From Bacillota bacterium (lineage in GTDB: Bacteria; Bacillota; Clostridia; Peptostreptococcales; Anaerovoracaceae): a DNA stretch of 37,993 nucleotides. Both the position numbers and the translations under genes were made by a program. The stretch spans positions 1-37,993 of the forward strand of contig JAUMVF010000003.1 in NCBI GenBank assembly GCA_030530305.1, written 5' to 3'. The notes beneath the pieces were generated by a model that saw only the letters and a program-made list of their open reading frames with translations, ran no database searches and was not told where the DNA came from. Shown piece after piece: positions 8,257-17,255 of the stretch (positions within the stretch are counted from its first letter, which is position 1; each line of letters starts with the position of its first letter).

Positions 8257-9181
8257 ACTTCAGGGACCGCAGCATTTCAATGAGTCTGTCCAGTTCGTCC
8301 TTACTATAGTACTCTATGGAAATGACGCCCTTCCCTGCTTTGTGTTCCAGTTTGACTTTTGTTCCGAAGATATCTTTAAGTTCACCTTCAACCTGGGCGA
8401 TGTCCGCTGATTTTCTGATGACCTTTTTTCTTGGCTTTCTGCGCAGCTGCTTTCCCTTAACGAGTTTCTCTGTCGCTCTTACGGAAAGATCTTCCGCTAC
8501 GATCTCTTCCGCGATCTGCAGCTGCCTGCCTTCGTCATCAACAGCAAGAAGCGCTCTGGCGTGACCTTTCGTGATCAATCCGTCTGATACCATATTCCTG
8601 ATGACCTCCGGAAGCTTCAAAAGCCTGAGGGAGTTTGTAATGTCCGCCCTGCTCTTGCTTACGCTTTTTGCTATCTCTTCATGGGTTAGCCCGTAGGTCT
8701 CGGCCATCCTGTTCAGACCTTCCGCCTCTTCTATAGGATCCAGGTCTTCCCTCTGCATATTCTCTATAATTGTGAGAAGCGTCTTCTGCTCTTCTGTCAG
8801 TTTACGGACTATACATGGGACTTCCTTTGTCCCCGCCAGCCTTGCGGCACGCCATCTTCTTTCTCCGGCTATGATCTCATATCCGCCGGTTACCGGTGTG
8901 AGGACCAGCGGCTGTATCACACCCTGTGCTTTGATGGAATCCGCCAGTTCTTTCAGCTTGTCTTCGTTGAAGTTCTTTCTCGGCTGATCAGGATTGGGCG
9001 CTATATCATTGATATCAACAAGGACGAGTTCCCCGTCCGCTGCTGTTTTCTTCTTCTTATTTGTCGTAGTCTTTGGCGCCGTCTTTTTTCTTTTTGTTTT
9101 TTCCGGTTCGTCAAAGGTAACTCCGGCATCGCCGAACAATGCGTCAAGCCCTCTTCCGAGCCCGCCTTTTTTACCTGCCAT
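8255..9181 (-). CDS. parB: chromosome partitioning protein ParB/Spo0J
   Basis: GLGRGLDALF N-terminus, ParB box IIAGERRWRAA and an HTH region, over 308 aa. Overlaps parA by 11 nt. Confidence 0.95.
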   Translation of the reverse strand: MAGKKGGLGRGLDALFGDAGVTFDEPEKTKRKKTAPKTTTNKKKKTAADGELVLVDINDIAPNPDQPRKNFNEDKLKELADSIKAQGVIQPLVLTPVTGGYEIIAGERRWRAARLAGTKEVPCIVRKLTEEQKTLLTIIENMQREDLDPIEEAEGLNRMAETYGLTHEEIAKSVSKSRADITNSLRLLKLPEVIRNMVSDGLITKGHARALLAVDDEGRQLQIAEEIVAEDLSVRATEKLVKGKQLRRKPRKKVIRKSADIAQVEGELKDIFGTKVKLEHKAGKGVISIEYYSKDELDRLIEMLRSLK

Positions 9182-9953
9182 TGTTTTCCTCCTCCAAACT
9201 TAAGAATTCTTTTGCGAACGCCGTGTATGCTCTCGCCCCTGTCGATCTCGGATCATACTGGGCTATCGGCATTCCGAACCCGGGCGCTTCGGCAAGACGT
9301 ACATTTCGTGGAATAACTGTTGTATATACTTTGTCTCCAAAGTATTTCTTTACTTCTTCAACCACCTGAATCGAAAGCTTCGTTCTTCCGTCAAACATGC
9401 TGAGTATTACGCCTTCCACTTCCAGATCCTTGTTGAGATTCTTCTTTACTATCTCAATAGTGCTCACAAGCTGGCTTACACCTTCCAGGGCATAGAATTC
9501 ACACTGGATAGGAATCAGTACAGAGTCAACAGCTGTAAGTGAGTTGATGGTAAGAAGCCCAAGAGAAGGGGGGCAGTCTATGAATATATAGTCGTAATTC
9601 TTTTTGAGTTTGTCCATTGCCTTTTTAAGGCGGGTCTCTCTTCCCTCGATCTCTACCAGTTCCACCTCTGCGCCTGCCAGCTGTACATTGGCCGGGATAA
9701 GATCCATCCCATCCACCGAAGTGTGCAGAATAGCCTTAGCGGGATCCGCATTGTCATCGAGCAGTATTTCATACATGGTTGTATCCAGGTCTTTCTTGGA
9801 GACACCCAAACCGCTGGTCGTATTTCCCTGAGGGTCGATATCCATGACCAGAACTTTCTTTCCTTCGATCGCAAGACACGCGGCAAGATTTATATTTGTA
9901 GTTGTCTTGCCGACACCGCCTTTCTGATTGAAAATCGCAATCGCTTTTCCCAT
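9171..9953 (-). CDS. parA: chromosome partitioning ATPase ParA/Soj
   Basis: Deviant Walker A NQKGGVGKTT, DCPPSLG, over 260 aa. AAGGAGG RBS. Confidence 0.95.
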   Translation of the reverse strand: MGKAIAIFNQKGGVGKTTTNINLAACLAIEGKKVLVMDIDPQGNTTSGLGVSKKDLDTTMYEILLDDNADPAKAILHTSVDGMDLIPANVQLAGAEVELVEIEGRETRLKKAMDKLKKNYDYIFIDCPPSLGLLTINSLTAVDSVLIPIQCEFYALEGVSQLVSTIEIVKKNLNKDLEVEGVILSMFDGRTKLSIQVVEEVKKYFGDKVYTTVIPRNVRLAEAPGFGMPIAQYDPRSTGARAYTAFAKEFLSLEEENNGR

Positions 9954-10074
9954 TTATAGCCTCCTTGTTATTGAATTCAAACGACACTTTTCTGTTTTGA
10001 TGATTTGATTATATAGCAATTGTCTTTCCTTTGCTACAAAAAGCTCTTTTTTTCTTTGCCGTCATATAAGACAA

Positions 10075-10090
10075 TGTTTCACGTGAAACA
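10075..10090. promoter_or_regulatory. parS site (16/16)
   Basis: tgtttcacgtgaaaca, embedded in the 18-bp palindrome atgtttcacgtgaaacat. Confidence 0.9.
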
Positions 10091-10113
10091 TTATCCGGGA
10101 CAAAACAAAAAGA

Positions 10114-10129
10114 TGTTTCACGTGAAACA
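10114..10129. promoter_or_regulatory. parS site (16/16)
   Basis: Second identical copy atgtttcacgtgaaacat, 39 bp from the first. Confidence 0.9.
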
Positions 10130-10161
10130 TCTTCTCAAAATCCGTATTTTCTGCGATTTAT

Positions 10162-10896
10162 CTATTTGATCGGTTTCCTGACCGGGTCACCTGCTTTTCT
10201 GGGATATCTGTCAGGCGTCTTCTTTTCCTTCCTTATATATATTAGCGTGTGTGCAAGAGAATCGTCTGGTTCCCCCGCCTGTTCTGTACGAATGAATCTT
10301 CCGCCTGTCACTTCTATTGCTGCGGTCCCTTCGTTCAGTTCTTTCTCCGGATCGTTTCCCTTGTACGCAATAAATGTGCCGCCCACACGAAGGAACGGGA
10401 TACACAATTCAGATAAGGCCGCCATGCTTGCCACCGCTCTCGAAACAACACAGTCAAATTTTTCTCTGTATTCTCCCTTCTTCCCGGCCAGATCTTCAGC
10501 CCGCCCATGGACTGCAGTCACATTGCCGATCCCGATGGATCCGCAGAGTTCTTCTATGATTTTCAGCCTCTTTGCAAGAGAGTCTATAAGAACGAATTTT
10601 TTCTCCGGGAAGAGTATAGCAAGAGGAACTCCAGGGAACCCTCCGCCGGTGCCTACATCCGCTATCAGCTTTGCGACCTTTATTTCCGGGGAGCCTGCGC
10701 TCAAGACAGAATCGATAAAATGCCTGACTACGAATTCATCCCGGTCTGTTATTGCAGTCAGGTTGATTTTATCATTCCACTCCAGAATGCCGTCCATGTA
10801 CGCGGCGAACTTTCTGTTCATTTCTTCCGCCGCTTCTTTGTCCGGGCCGCCCGGAAAGACATTCAGTTTTTCTATTGTGTCAAAAAGTCTTTTCAT
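10162..10896 (-). CDS. rsmG: 16S rRNA (guanine527-N7)-methyltransferase
   Basis: SAM motif DVGTGGGFPG, conserved position after mnmG, 244 aa. Confidence 0.95.
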   Translation of the reverse strand: MKRLFDTIEKLNVFPGGPDKEAAEEMNRKFAAYMDGILEWNDKINLTAITDRDEFVVRHFIDSVLSAGSPEIKVAKLIADVGTGGGFPGVPLAILFPEKKFVLIDSLAKRLKIIEELCGSIGIGNVTAVHGRAEDLAGKKGEYREKFDCVVSRAVASMAALSELCIPFLRVGGTFIAYKGNDPEKELNEGTAAIEVTGGRFIRTEQAGEPDDSLAHTLIYIRKEKKTPDRYPRKAGDPVRKPIK

Positions 10897-10934
10897 CTGC
10901 TTTTCCTTTGTAAGGAAGATTTTTCTTTGCCAGC

Positions 10935-12824
10935 TTACTTCTTTTTCGATCTTCTTTCTTTTTCGAGATAAATGAGCAAAACGTTGATATCTGCAGGGGA
11001 GACGCCCGATATTCTTGACGCCTGTCCAACAGAAAGCGGTTTGGTTGCGGACAGCTTTTCAGCTGCCTCGATCCTGAGCCCTTGTATGGAAGAATATTCC
11101 AGTTCCGGATCCAGCTTCTGGTTTTCCAGTTTCTGGAAACGCTTTATCTGCTGCATCTGTTTGCTGATATATCCTTCGTATTTGATCTGCACCGCCATCT
11201 GTGTAGTCACATGGTCGGAAAGGACGGGTCTGTCCGGATCGATTTCCGCCAGGTTCTCATATGTGATCTCCGGTCTCTTCATCATATCCGCAAGGGAAGT
11301 CTTGTTTTTCAAAGGCGCTCCGCCCACGCGGCGCATGAAATCATCGGTCTCGCCCGGCAGGGCATAAGTGTTTTCAAGCCTTTTGCGCTCCTGCTCGACC
11401 AGCTTCTTTTTCTCAAGGAGCCTCTGATATCTTTCTTCTGTGGCAAGTCCAAGCCTGTAAGCTTTTTCCGTCAGCCTCAGGTCAGCGTTATCCTGCCTCA
11501 GGACGATCCTGTACTCGGCTCTGGAAGTCATGATCCTGTACGGCTCATTGGTCCCTTTGGTTACAAGGTCGTCTATGAGCACGCCTATGTATGCTTCGCT
11601 CCTGTCAAGGATGAAAGGCTCTTTGCCGTTAATCTTAAGGACTGCGTTCACGCCCGCCATAAGACCCTGGGCCGCGGCTTCCTCATATCCGGAACTGCCG
11701 TTGAACTGCCCGGCGCAGAACAGGTTTTCCACATGCCGGTTCTCAAGGTTCAGGTTCAGGTCCGTCGGATCTATGCAGTCGTATTCTATAGCGTAGGCGG
11801 GCCTTGCAATCTGTATGTTTTCAAGGCCTGCGATGGTTTTATAAAAAGCTTCCTGTACATCTTCGGGCAGACTTGAAGACATTCCCTGGATGTACATTTC
11901 ATCAGTATCAAGACCCTCCGGCTCAATAAAGAGCTGGTGCCTTTTCCTGTCGGCGAATCTGTTTACTTTGTCTTCAATGGAAGGGCAGTATCTTGGGCCC
12001 ACGCCTTCGATCTGTCCGCTGAAAAGGGCAGAACGGTGAAAGTTTTCCCTTATTATCCTGTGAGTTTCTTCATTAGTATATGAAAGCCAGCATGATACCT
12101 GGTCCTTTTCAAGATCGTCATTCATAAAGGAGAAGGGGACGATCTTCTCGTCGCCTTTTTCCTCTTTCATCTTAGAAAAATCAAGACTCTGCGCAAGAGC
12201 TCTTGCCGGCGTTCCTGTCTTGAAGCGCCGCATAGGAAGCCCGAGTTTCCTGAGAGACTCAGCCAACTCAACTGATGGAGCCATGCCGTTGGGACCGCTT
12301 TCGTAGGCGCTGTCGCCTATGAATATCTTTCCCGCAAGGAAAGTCCCTGTAGCCAGGATAACGGCCTTTGCCCGATATATACTCCCGGTTTTGAGCACGA
12401 CGCCGCATGCTTTTCCGTCTTCGACGATGATGTCCACGACCTCACCCTGTTTGAGATCCAGACCTTCCTGCATCTCCAGGACCCGCTTCATGTCCGCGTG
12501 GTATCTGCTTTTGTCAGCCTGCGCGCGGAGAGAGTGGACTGCGGGGCCCTTGGCGGTATTGAGCATCCTGCTCTGTATGAAAGTCCTGTCTATCACAAGA
12601 CCCATCTCGCCGCCGAGAGCGTCTATCTCCCGTACGAGATGTCCTTTTCCCGTGCCCCCGATAGCGGGGTTGCAGGCCATCATGGCCACCGCTTCAAGGT
12701 TTATGGAAAACATGACAGTTCTTTTTCCCATGCGGGAGCAGGCCAGGGCAGCTTCGCATCCTGCGTGCCCCGCGCCGACTACTATCACATCATATGTTCC
12801 CATGAGAAAAGTCTCGGTGCTCAT
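10935..12824 (-). CDS. mnmG: tRNA uridine 5-carboxymethylaminomethyl modification enzyme MnmG (GidA)
   Basis: FAD motif [25 protein letters not shown], over 629 aa. Confidence 0.97.
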   Translation of the reverse strand: MSTETFLMGTYDVIVVGAGHAGCEAALACSRMGKRTVMFSINLEAVAMMACNPAIGGTGKGHLVREIDALGGEMGLVIDRTFIQSRMLNTAKGPAVHSLRAQADKSRYHADMKRVLEMQEGLDLKQGEVVDIIVEDGKACGVVLKTGSIYRAKAVILATGTFLAGKIFIGDSAYESGPNGMAPSVELAESLRKLGLPMRRFKTGTPARALAQSLDFSKMKEEKGDEKIVPFSFMNDDLEKDQVSCWLSYTNEETHRIIRENFHRSALFSGQIEGVGPRYCPSIEDKVNRFADRKRHQLFIEPEGLDTDEMYIQGMSSSLPEDVQEAFYKTIAGLENIQIARPAYAIEYDCIDPTDLNLNLENRHVENLFCAGQFNGSSGYEEAAAQGLMAGVNAVLKINGKEPFILDRSEAYIGVLIDDLVTKGTNEPYRIMTSRAEYRIVLRQDNADLRLTEKAYRLGLATEERYQRLLEKKKLVEQERKRLENTYALPGETDDFMRRVGGAPLKNKTSLADMMKRPEITYENLAEIDPDRPVLSDHVTTQMAVQIKYEGYISKQMQQIKRFQKLENQKLDPELEYSSIQGLRIEAAEKLSATKPLSVGQASRISGVSPADINVLLIYLEKERRSKKK

Positions 12825-12909
12825 TGTGTTCCCTTCCTATGTCTGTCCTATGCTCCGGGCTCCGGCTGTTTAGCGCAGGGCAGGCCGGGTGCTCCGCAGC
12901 TGTCTGCCG

Positions 12910-14286
12910 CTATTTTCCAAGGCAGAATCTTGAGAAGACTTCTTTGAGTATGTCGTCGGATACAGCCTCTCCGGTTATTTCGCCCAGGGACTGATACGCG
13001 CGTCTTACGTCTATCTCTATAAAGTCAAGGGCGCTGCCCGCTTCCGCCGCGGCGCAGGCGTCCTTTACTGCCGCAAGGGTGTCCTCCAGCAGTTCTATGT
13101 GCCTTACGTTGGATATGAGCAGGCTCTCTTTCTGAGCCACTTTCCCGCTCATTACATATTCTTCAACGGCGTCTTCTATCTCTGTGACGCCGGTGCCTTC
13201 AGTCATTGAAGTTTCAACGATCTTTATGTTGTCTGACCCGGATGTGAGTTCTTTTATCCGGTCTTTATCGATTCCGTATCCCAGATCCCTTTTATTGAGA
13301 AGGATCAGGGTCTTTCTGTCTCTGATCTTTTCAACAAGAGCAGTGTCTTCAGGCTGCAGCTCTTCACTTCCGTCTATCACAAGGATAACCAGATCCGCTC
13401 TGTCAAAAGATTCTCTGCTCTTTTCTATTCCTATCTGCTCTATCTTATCATCCGTATCGTGGATCCCGGCGGTATCTGTAAGCCTTACCGGGATGCCCCG
13501 GACATTTATCCCTTCTTCGATGGTGTCTCTCGTCGTTCCGGGAATGTCAGTTACTATGGCCCTGGATTCCCTTAACAGCGCATTCATAAGAGAGGACTTT
13601 CCAACGTTGGGCCGTCCTATTATGGCGCAGCTGATCCCTTCGCGGATGAGCCTTCCGGCGTCTGCCGAAGCGAGGAGGTCTTCCAGCATCGAGGATGTCT
13701 CTGACAGCTCTTTCTTCAGTTTTTCGTAAGTGACCTCTTCGATATCCTCATCGGGATAGTCTATGTTGACAGCGATCTCCGTCAGAAGATCCAGAAGTTT
13801 CTCTCTGATGGGAGCTGTCTCTTTTCCGATTCTTCCTTCAAGCTGATCCAGCGCCATTTCCGCGCCTGCGTCTGTTTTCGCGCTGACCAGATCCATGACC
13901 GCTTCCGCCTGTGAAAGATCCAGCCGACCTCCGAGGAATGCTCTCTTGGTGAACTCTCCTTTTTCCGCCAGTCTTGCGCCCATGCGGATGACAAGGGAAA
14001 GGGTATTCCTCAGGGAGACTACGCTCCCGTGGCAGTCTATCTCTGCAACGTCTTCTGTGGTATACGTATGGGGACCCTTCATGAAAACCGCCATGCATTC
14101 GTCTATGACATCCCCTGTTTCCGGATCTTTTACTGTACCGTAAGTAAGACGCCTTTCTTCAAGGGCGCCGGAGGAGGGGACAAATATGCTCTTCAGGATC
14201 TCTTCTGCTTTTTCTCCGCTTACGCGGACGATCCCAATGCCGCCTTCACCATAGGCGGTGGCAACTGCCGCAATGGTGTCTTCCAT
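12910..14286 (-). CDS. mnmE: tRNA modification GTPase MnmE (TrmE)
   Basis: GRPNVGKSS G1 motif, DTAG, NKRD and C-terminal FCLGK. The ATG at 14286 (MEDTIAAVAT...) is preceded by GGAG; the track's upstream GTG extension is unlikely. Confidence 0.95.
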   Translation of the reverse strand: MEDTIAAVATAYGEGGIGIVRVSGEKAEEILKSIFVPSSGALEERRLTYGTVKDPETGDVIDECMAVFMKGPHTYTTEDVAEIDCHGSVVSLRNTLSLVIRMGARLAEKGEFTKRAFLGGRLDLSQAEAVMDLVSAKTDAGAEMALDQLEGRIGKETAPIREKLLDLLTEIAVNIDYPDEDIEEVTYEKLKKELSETSSMLEDLLASADAGRLIREGISCAIIGRPNVGKSSLMNALLRESRAIVTDIPGTTRDTIEEGINVRGIPVRLTDTAGIHDTDDKIEQIGIEKSRESFDRADLVILVIDGSEELQPEDTALVEKIRDRKTLILLNKRDLGYGIDKDRIKELTSGSDNIKIVETSMTEGTGVTEIEDAVEEYVMSGKVAQKESLLISNVRHIELLEDTLAAVKDACAAAEAGSALDFIEIDVRRAYQSLGEITGEAVSDDILKEVFSRFCLGK

Positions 14287-14338
14287 GACTTTTTCTCCAT
14301 AGCATAACAGCCCGCGGCGCACGCGAGCTGTTTCTTTC

Positions 14339-15175
14339 TTATTTCAGTTCGATTATCACTCTTCTGCGGGGCTCGTCTCCGATGCTCCTGGTCGTTACCT
14401 TGGGGTGTCCCTGCAGAGTCGCGTGAATGACCTTTCTCTCATAAGGGTTCATCGGCTCGAGCCTTACGCTTCTCTTGTTTTTCACGACTTTCCTGGCCAG
14501 TTTTTCTGCCAGCTGTTCAAGTGTGCGGCCTCTCTTGGTCCTGTAGTTCTCAGCGTCTACAACTACTCTCACATACTTTTCTTCGTCCTTGTTGACTACC
14601 AGACTGGTAAGGTACTGGACCGCGTCCAGAGTCTGCCCGCGCTTTCCGATGACTGTGCCGGCGTCCTTACCGTCGATGCTCACATAAAGCATTCCGTCGC
14701 CTTTCTTTGCCGTAACAGCAAGGTCCAGACCCATCTTTTCAGTCATCTCTTTTATGAATGTTATAGCTGCGTGATCTTCCACCGGTTCCATCTCAACGTT
14801 CAGTTTGAGAATGTCATTTATGTCCGGAAGCTCTCTTTCGTATTCTTCCTCAGCAGCCCCGGCAGCCGGTGCTTCCGCGACTGGTTTTGCTTCAGTCTCT
14901 GTCTTTACTTCAGCGTCTGCAGCCTTTTCTTTATTTTCAAATTTTTCTATTTCTTCTTCGATTTCTGCGTTGTATTTTTCCGCCGCTTTGTCGGCTTTGG
15001 TTTCCTGTTTCTTTTCTACTCTTACTTTGGCAAGCTTTGACCCTATTCAGAAAAATACTTTTGAAGGCTCTTCAAGGATCGTAACCTCGACCTGATCTTC
15101 GTCGAGCTTAAGGTCTTCCAGCGCCAGTTTTACAGCTTCTTCCACGCTGGTTCCCCATTTTTCCGAATATTCCAT
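14339..15175 (-). pseudogene. jag: Jag/KhpB (Jag_N + KH + R3H RNA-binding protein) interrupted by a single in-frame TGA at 15047-15049
   Basis: ATG at 15175 gives MEYSEKWGTSVEEAVKLALEDLKLDEDQVEVTILEEPSKVFF, then TGA. The same frame continues IGSKLAKVRVEKK...(acidic linker)...MEPVEDHAAITFIKE... into the KH/R3H ORF 14339-14791 (15175-14791 = 384 = 3x128). Confidence 0.8.
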
Positions 15176-15276
15176 TTATATTTCCTCCCAAAGAAAAACC
15201 TGCTTCCTTTCCGAAGACGCTTACTAAAGGATGCCGCTTTTTCTTTCACGTTCAAAAATTCCAGATCACAGGCTGG

Positions 15277-15990
15277 CTATTTCCTGTTCTTTTTTCTTGC
15301 TTCAGCTTCGAATCTGAGTCTTTCTCTTACTCTGTTCAGATGGATATTGAAGAAGATCTGAATTACCTGTCCGATAAACCAGTAAAGGGCAAGTCCTGCC
15401 GGGAATGTTCTTCCCATCCAGACGATCATGATCGGGAAGATGATCTTCATACCTTTCATCATACCGCTCATCTGGTTCTGAGTATTTCCTACCTGCTGCT
15501 GTTTCTGCGTCATTGAAAATGAAATAAATGTCGCAACGCCTGCGGCGATCGGCAGGATCCATTTGTCCGGCTGGCTCAGATCCATTATCCAAAGGAAGCT
15601 CTCGTGCGCAGCAAAGATCATACTGTCGCTGGCGATGTAATCCAGCGGCCTTCTCAGAAGGGCAAAAAGCCCGAAGATTATGGGCATCTGGATGATCATA
15701 GGAAGACATCCGCCCATAGGATTGAACTTTTCTTCTTTATATAACTCAGACATCTTGATGTTCATCATCTGTCTGTCGTTAGCATATTTTGTCTGTATTT
15801 CCTTCATCTTCGGCTGAAATTCAGCCATTCTTACTGTGGGTTTGATCTGCTTTGCATAAAGTGGATACAAAGCGAACTTGACGATTATCGTGAATATGAT
15901 AATCGAAATCCCATAATTACCTACAAGGTCATATATCAAACTCAGCAACATACCAAGCGGTTTTGCAATGAATCCAATAATCTTGTACAT
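15277..15990 (-). CDS. yidC: membrane protein insertase YidC/OxaA
   Basis: Multi-TM protein of 237 aa with PMGGCLPMIIQMPI and a basic C-terminal tail, in the conserved position. GGAGG RBS. Confidence 0.93.
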   Translation of the reverse strand: MYKIIGFIAKPLGMLLSLIYDLVGNYGISIIIFTIIVKFALYPLYAKQIKPTVRMAEFQPKMKEIQTKYANDRQMMNIKMSELYKEEKFNPMGGCLPMIIQMPIIFGLFALLRRPLDYIASDSMIFAAHESFLWIMDLSQPDKWILPIAAGVATFISFSMTQKQQQVGNTQNQMSGMMKGMKIIFPIMIVWMGRTFPAGLALYWFIGQVIQIFFNIHLNRVRERLRFEAEARKKNRK

Positions 15991-16004
15991 CTGGTTCCTC
16001 CAAT

Positions 16005-16214
16005 TTATTTTAAGGGATCATATCCTCCCGGATTCCATGGATGGCAGCGGCAGATCCTTTTGATCCCCAGCCAGCTCCCTTTAAAAAAGCCGTACTTCTG
16101 TAATGCCTGGATAAAATATGTGGAGCAGGTGGGGTAGAAGCGGCAATGCGCCGGAAACATCGGTGATATGAACTTCTGATATCCTCTTATCAGTATGATC
16201 AGTACATGTTTCAT
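16005..16214 (-). CDS. yidD: membrane protein insertion efficiency factor YidD
   Basis: YQKFISP...[10 protein letters not shown]...RCHPW..GGYDP. Start taken as ATG 16214 (MKHVLI...). Confidence 0.9.
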   Translation of the reverse strand: MKHVLIILIRGYQKFISPMFPAHCRFYPTCSTYFIQALQKYGFFKGSWLGIKRICRCHPWNPGGYDPLK

Positions 16215-16224
16215 AGGAGCACCT

Positions 16225-16608
16225 TCATCCCTGGATGTTTTTCTCCCGGTCAATCAGTTTCGCTTTGCTGAGTGCGGCCTCAATAGATTTTTTCACATCC
16301 GCACATTTTCTTCCCTTAATAGTGCTTCTCGCGATAAATATTATATCGTATCCCTGAAGCAATTTGTCTTTTAGCCCGCGGCAGCTTTCTTTCATGAGCC
16401 TTCTGGCTCTGTTTCTCTCTACCGCATTTCCTACTTTTTTACTTGCTAAAAATGCTGTCCTGTTAAATAAAAGACTGTTTTTCCTGTAAAAAACAACTAC
16501 AAATCTCTCTCCTTGTGATTTCCCCCTGTTGTATATGTTGGAAAAATCGTTTTTATTTCTGAGAACCTCTTTTTTCAACATTTTCTTTTTCTGTACACAG
16601 ATCGGCAT
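16225..16608 (-). CDS. rnpA: ribonuclease P protein component
   Basis: KKNDF...VVFY....[18 protein letters not shown], immediately downstream of rpmH. The start may instead be ATG 16581. Confidence 0.9.
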   Translation of the reverse strand: MPICVQKKKMLKKEVLRNKNDFSNIYNRGKSQGERFVVVFYRKNSLLFNRTAFLASKKVGNAVERNRARRLMKESCRGLKDKLLQGYDIIFIARSTIKGRKCADVKKSIEAALSKAKLIDREKNIQG

Positions 16609-16648
16609 AAGTAAATATCTTTATGCTCGTTTGACAAAGATATTTGCC

Positions 16649-16783
16649 TTATGCTGAAAGTACTTTTCTTCCTCTGCGTCTTCTTCTTCTGAGAACGTTT
16701 CTTCCGTTCTTAGTTTTCATTCTTTTTCTGAAGCCGTGTTCTTTTTTTCTCTGTCTTTTCTTCGGCTGATATGTCCTTTTCAC
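16649..16783 (-). CDS. rpmH: 50S ribosomal protein L34
   Basis: Not in the ORF track (44 aa, GTG start). My translation is [54 protein letters not shown] at 16791-16797. Confidence 0.95.
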   Translation of the reverse strand: MKRTYQPKKRQRKKEHGFRKRMKTKNGRNVLRRRRRRGRKVLSA

Positions 16784-16844
16784 GTCTTTACCTCCTCTTT
16801 CAATACTTGCAGGTCCGCTCTTATACCTGCAGACATGCCTTATT

Positions 16845-16873
16845 ATTATACATTTGCGTATTTTTCATGTCAA
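16845..16873 (-). promoter_or_regulatory. rpmH promoter, consensus TTGACA-17-TATAAT
   Basis: Minus strand reads TTGACA (16873-16868), then 17 nt, then TATAAT (16850-16845). Confidence 0.7.
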
Positions 16874-16967
16874 CGATTTTAACTCTTTTCCGGGCCTGCG
16901 GACCGCCGGTATTTCCTTAAAAAAAATTTCCGTTTTCATTTAATCAATATCTTGTGCCGGGGGGATA

Positions 16968-17053
16968 TTGTTCACAGAGTTATCCACATTCTGTGGAAAA
17001 CTTTACACGTGTTCATTTTCTGCCGATTTATTTTCCCCCTTGCCTGTGGATAA
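16968..17053. promoter_or_regulatory. oriC left DnaA-box cluster
   Basis: TTATCCACA at 16980-16988 (+, perfect). tgtggataa at 17045-17053 (perfect, - orientation). tgtggaaaa at 16992-17000 (1 mismatch, -). TTGTTCACA at 16968-16976 (2 mismatches). Confidence 0.75.
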
Positions 17054-17124
17054 CTTTTTCTGTTATCATGTTTTTCGTTATGGTCCTAATACAAAATATG
17101 GGGACTTTGCCGCGACCGGGCTGT

Positions 17125-17153
17125 TTGACATTTAGGGGTCGCTGAAACATAAT
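17125..17153 (+). promoter_or_regulatory. putative dnaA promoter
   Basis: TTGACA at 17125-17130, 17-nt spacer, CATAAT at 17148-17153. Confidence 0.55.
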
Positions 17154-17255
17154 TGTAATTGTAAAGCAGAAATGATATCGGCGTTTTCATTTAACTGTTG
17201 AAAGAAACGCGCCGTATATTTTTTACACTAATTTTGATTGGTTTTTGGTTTGGTA

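Noticed and set aside
10166-10975. Long ORFs antisense to real genes: 269 aa opposite rsmG here, and also 19053-19847 opposite dnaN, 25407-26156 opposite gyrA and the anti-sigma gene, 3860-4597 opposite alr, 24064-24849, 22660-23334, 20903-21499, 6313-6930, 7123-7761 and 11082-11876.
   Set aside because: They are low-complexity Ser/Pro/Leu/Phe-rich translations with no RBS and no recognisable motifs, and each fully overlaps a gene with strong family signatures. They are shadow ORFs.
15047-15049. Genome-wide UGA reassignment (code 4 or 25, UGA = Trp or Gly) as the explanation for the in-frame TGA in jag.
   Set aside because: TGA is the terminator of dnaA (18621-18623), rnpA, thpR, metY, mrp and the NrdD-like ORF. 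No other conserved gene in the window contains an internal TGA.
16954-17145. 63-aa ORF within the rpmH-dnaA spacer.
   Set aside because: It has a GTG start without an RBS and lies directly over the DnaA-box cluster and the dnaA promoter, so it is non-coding origin DNA.
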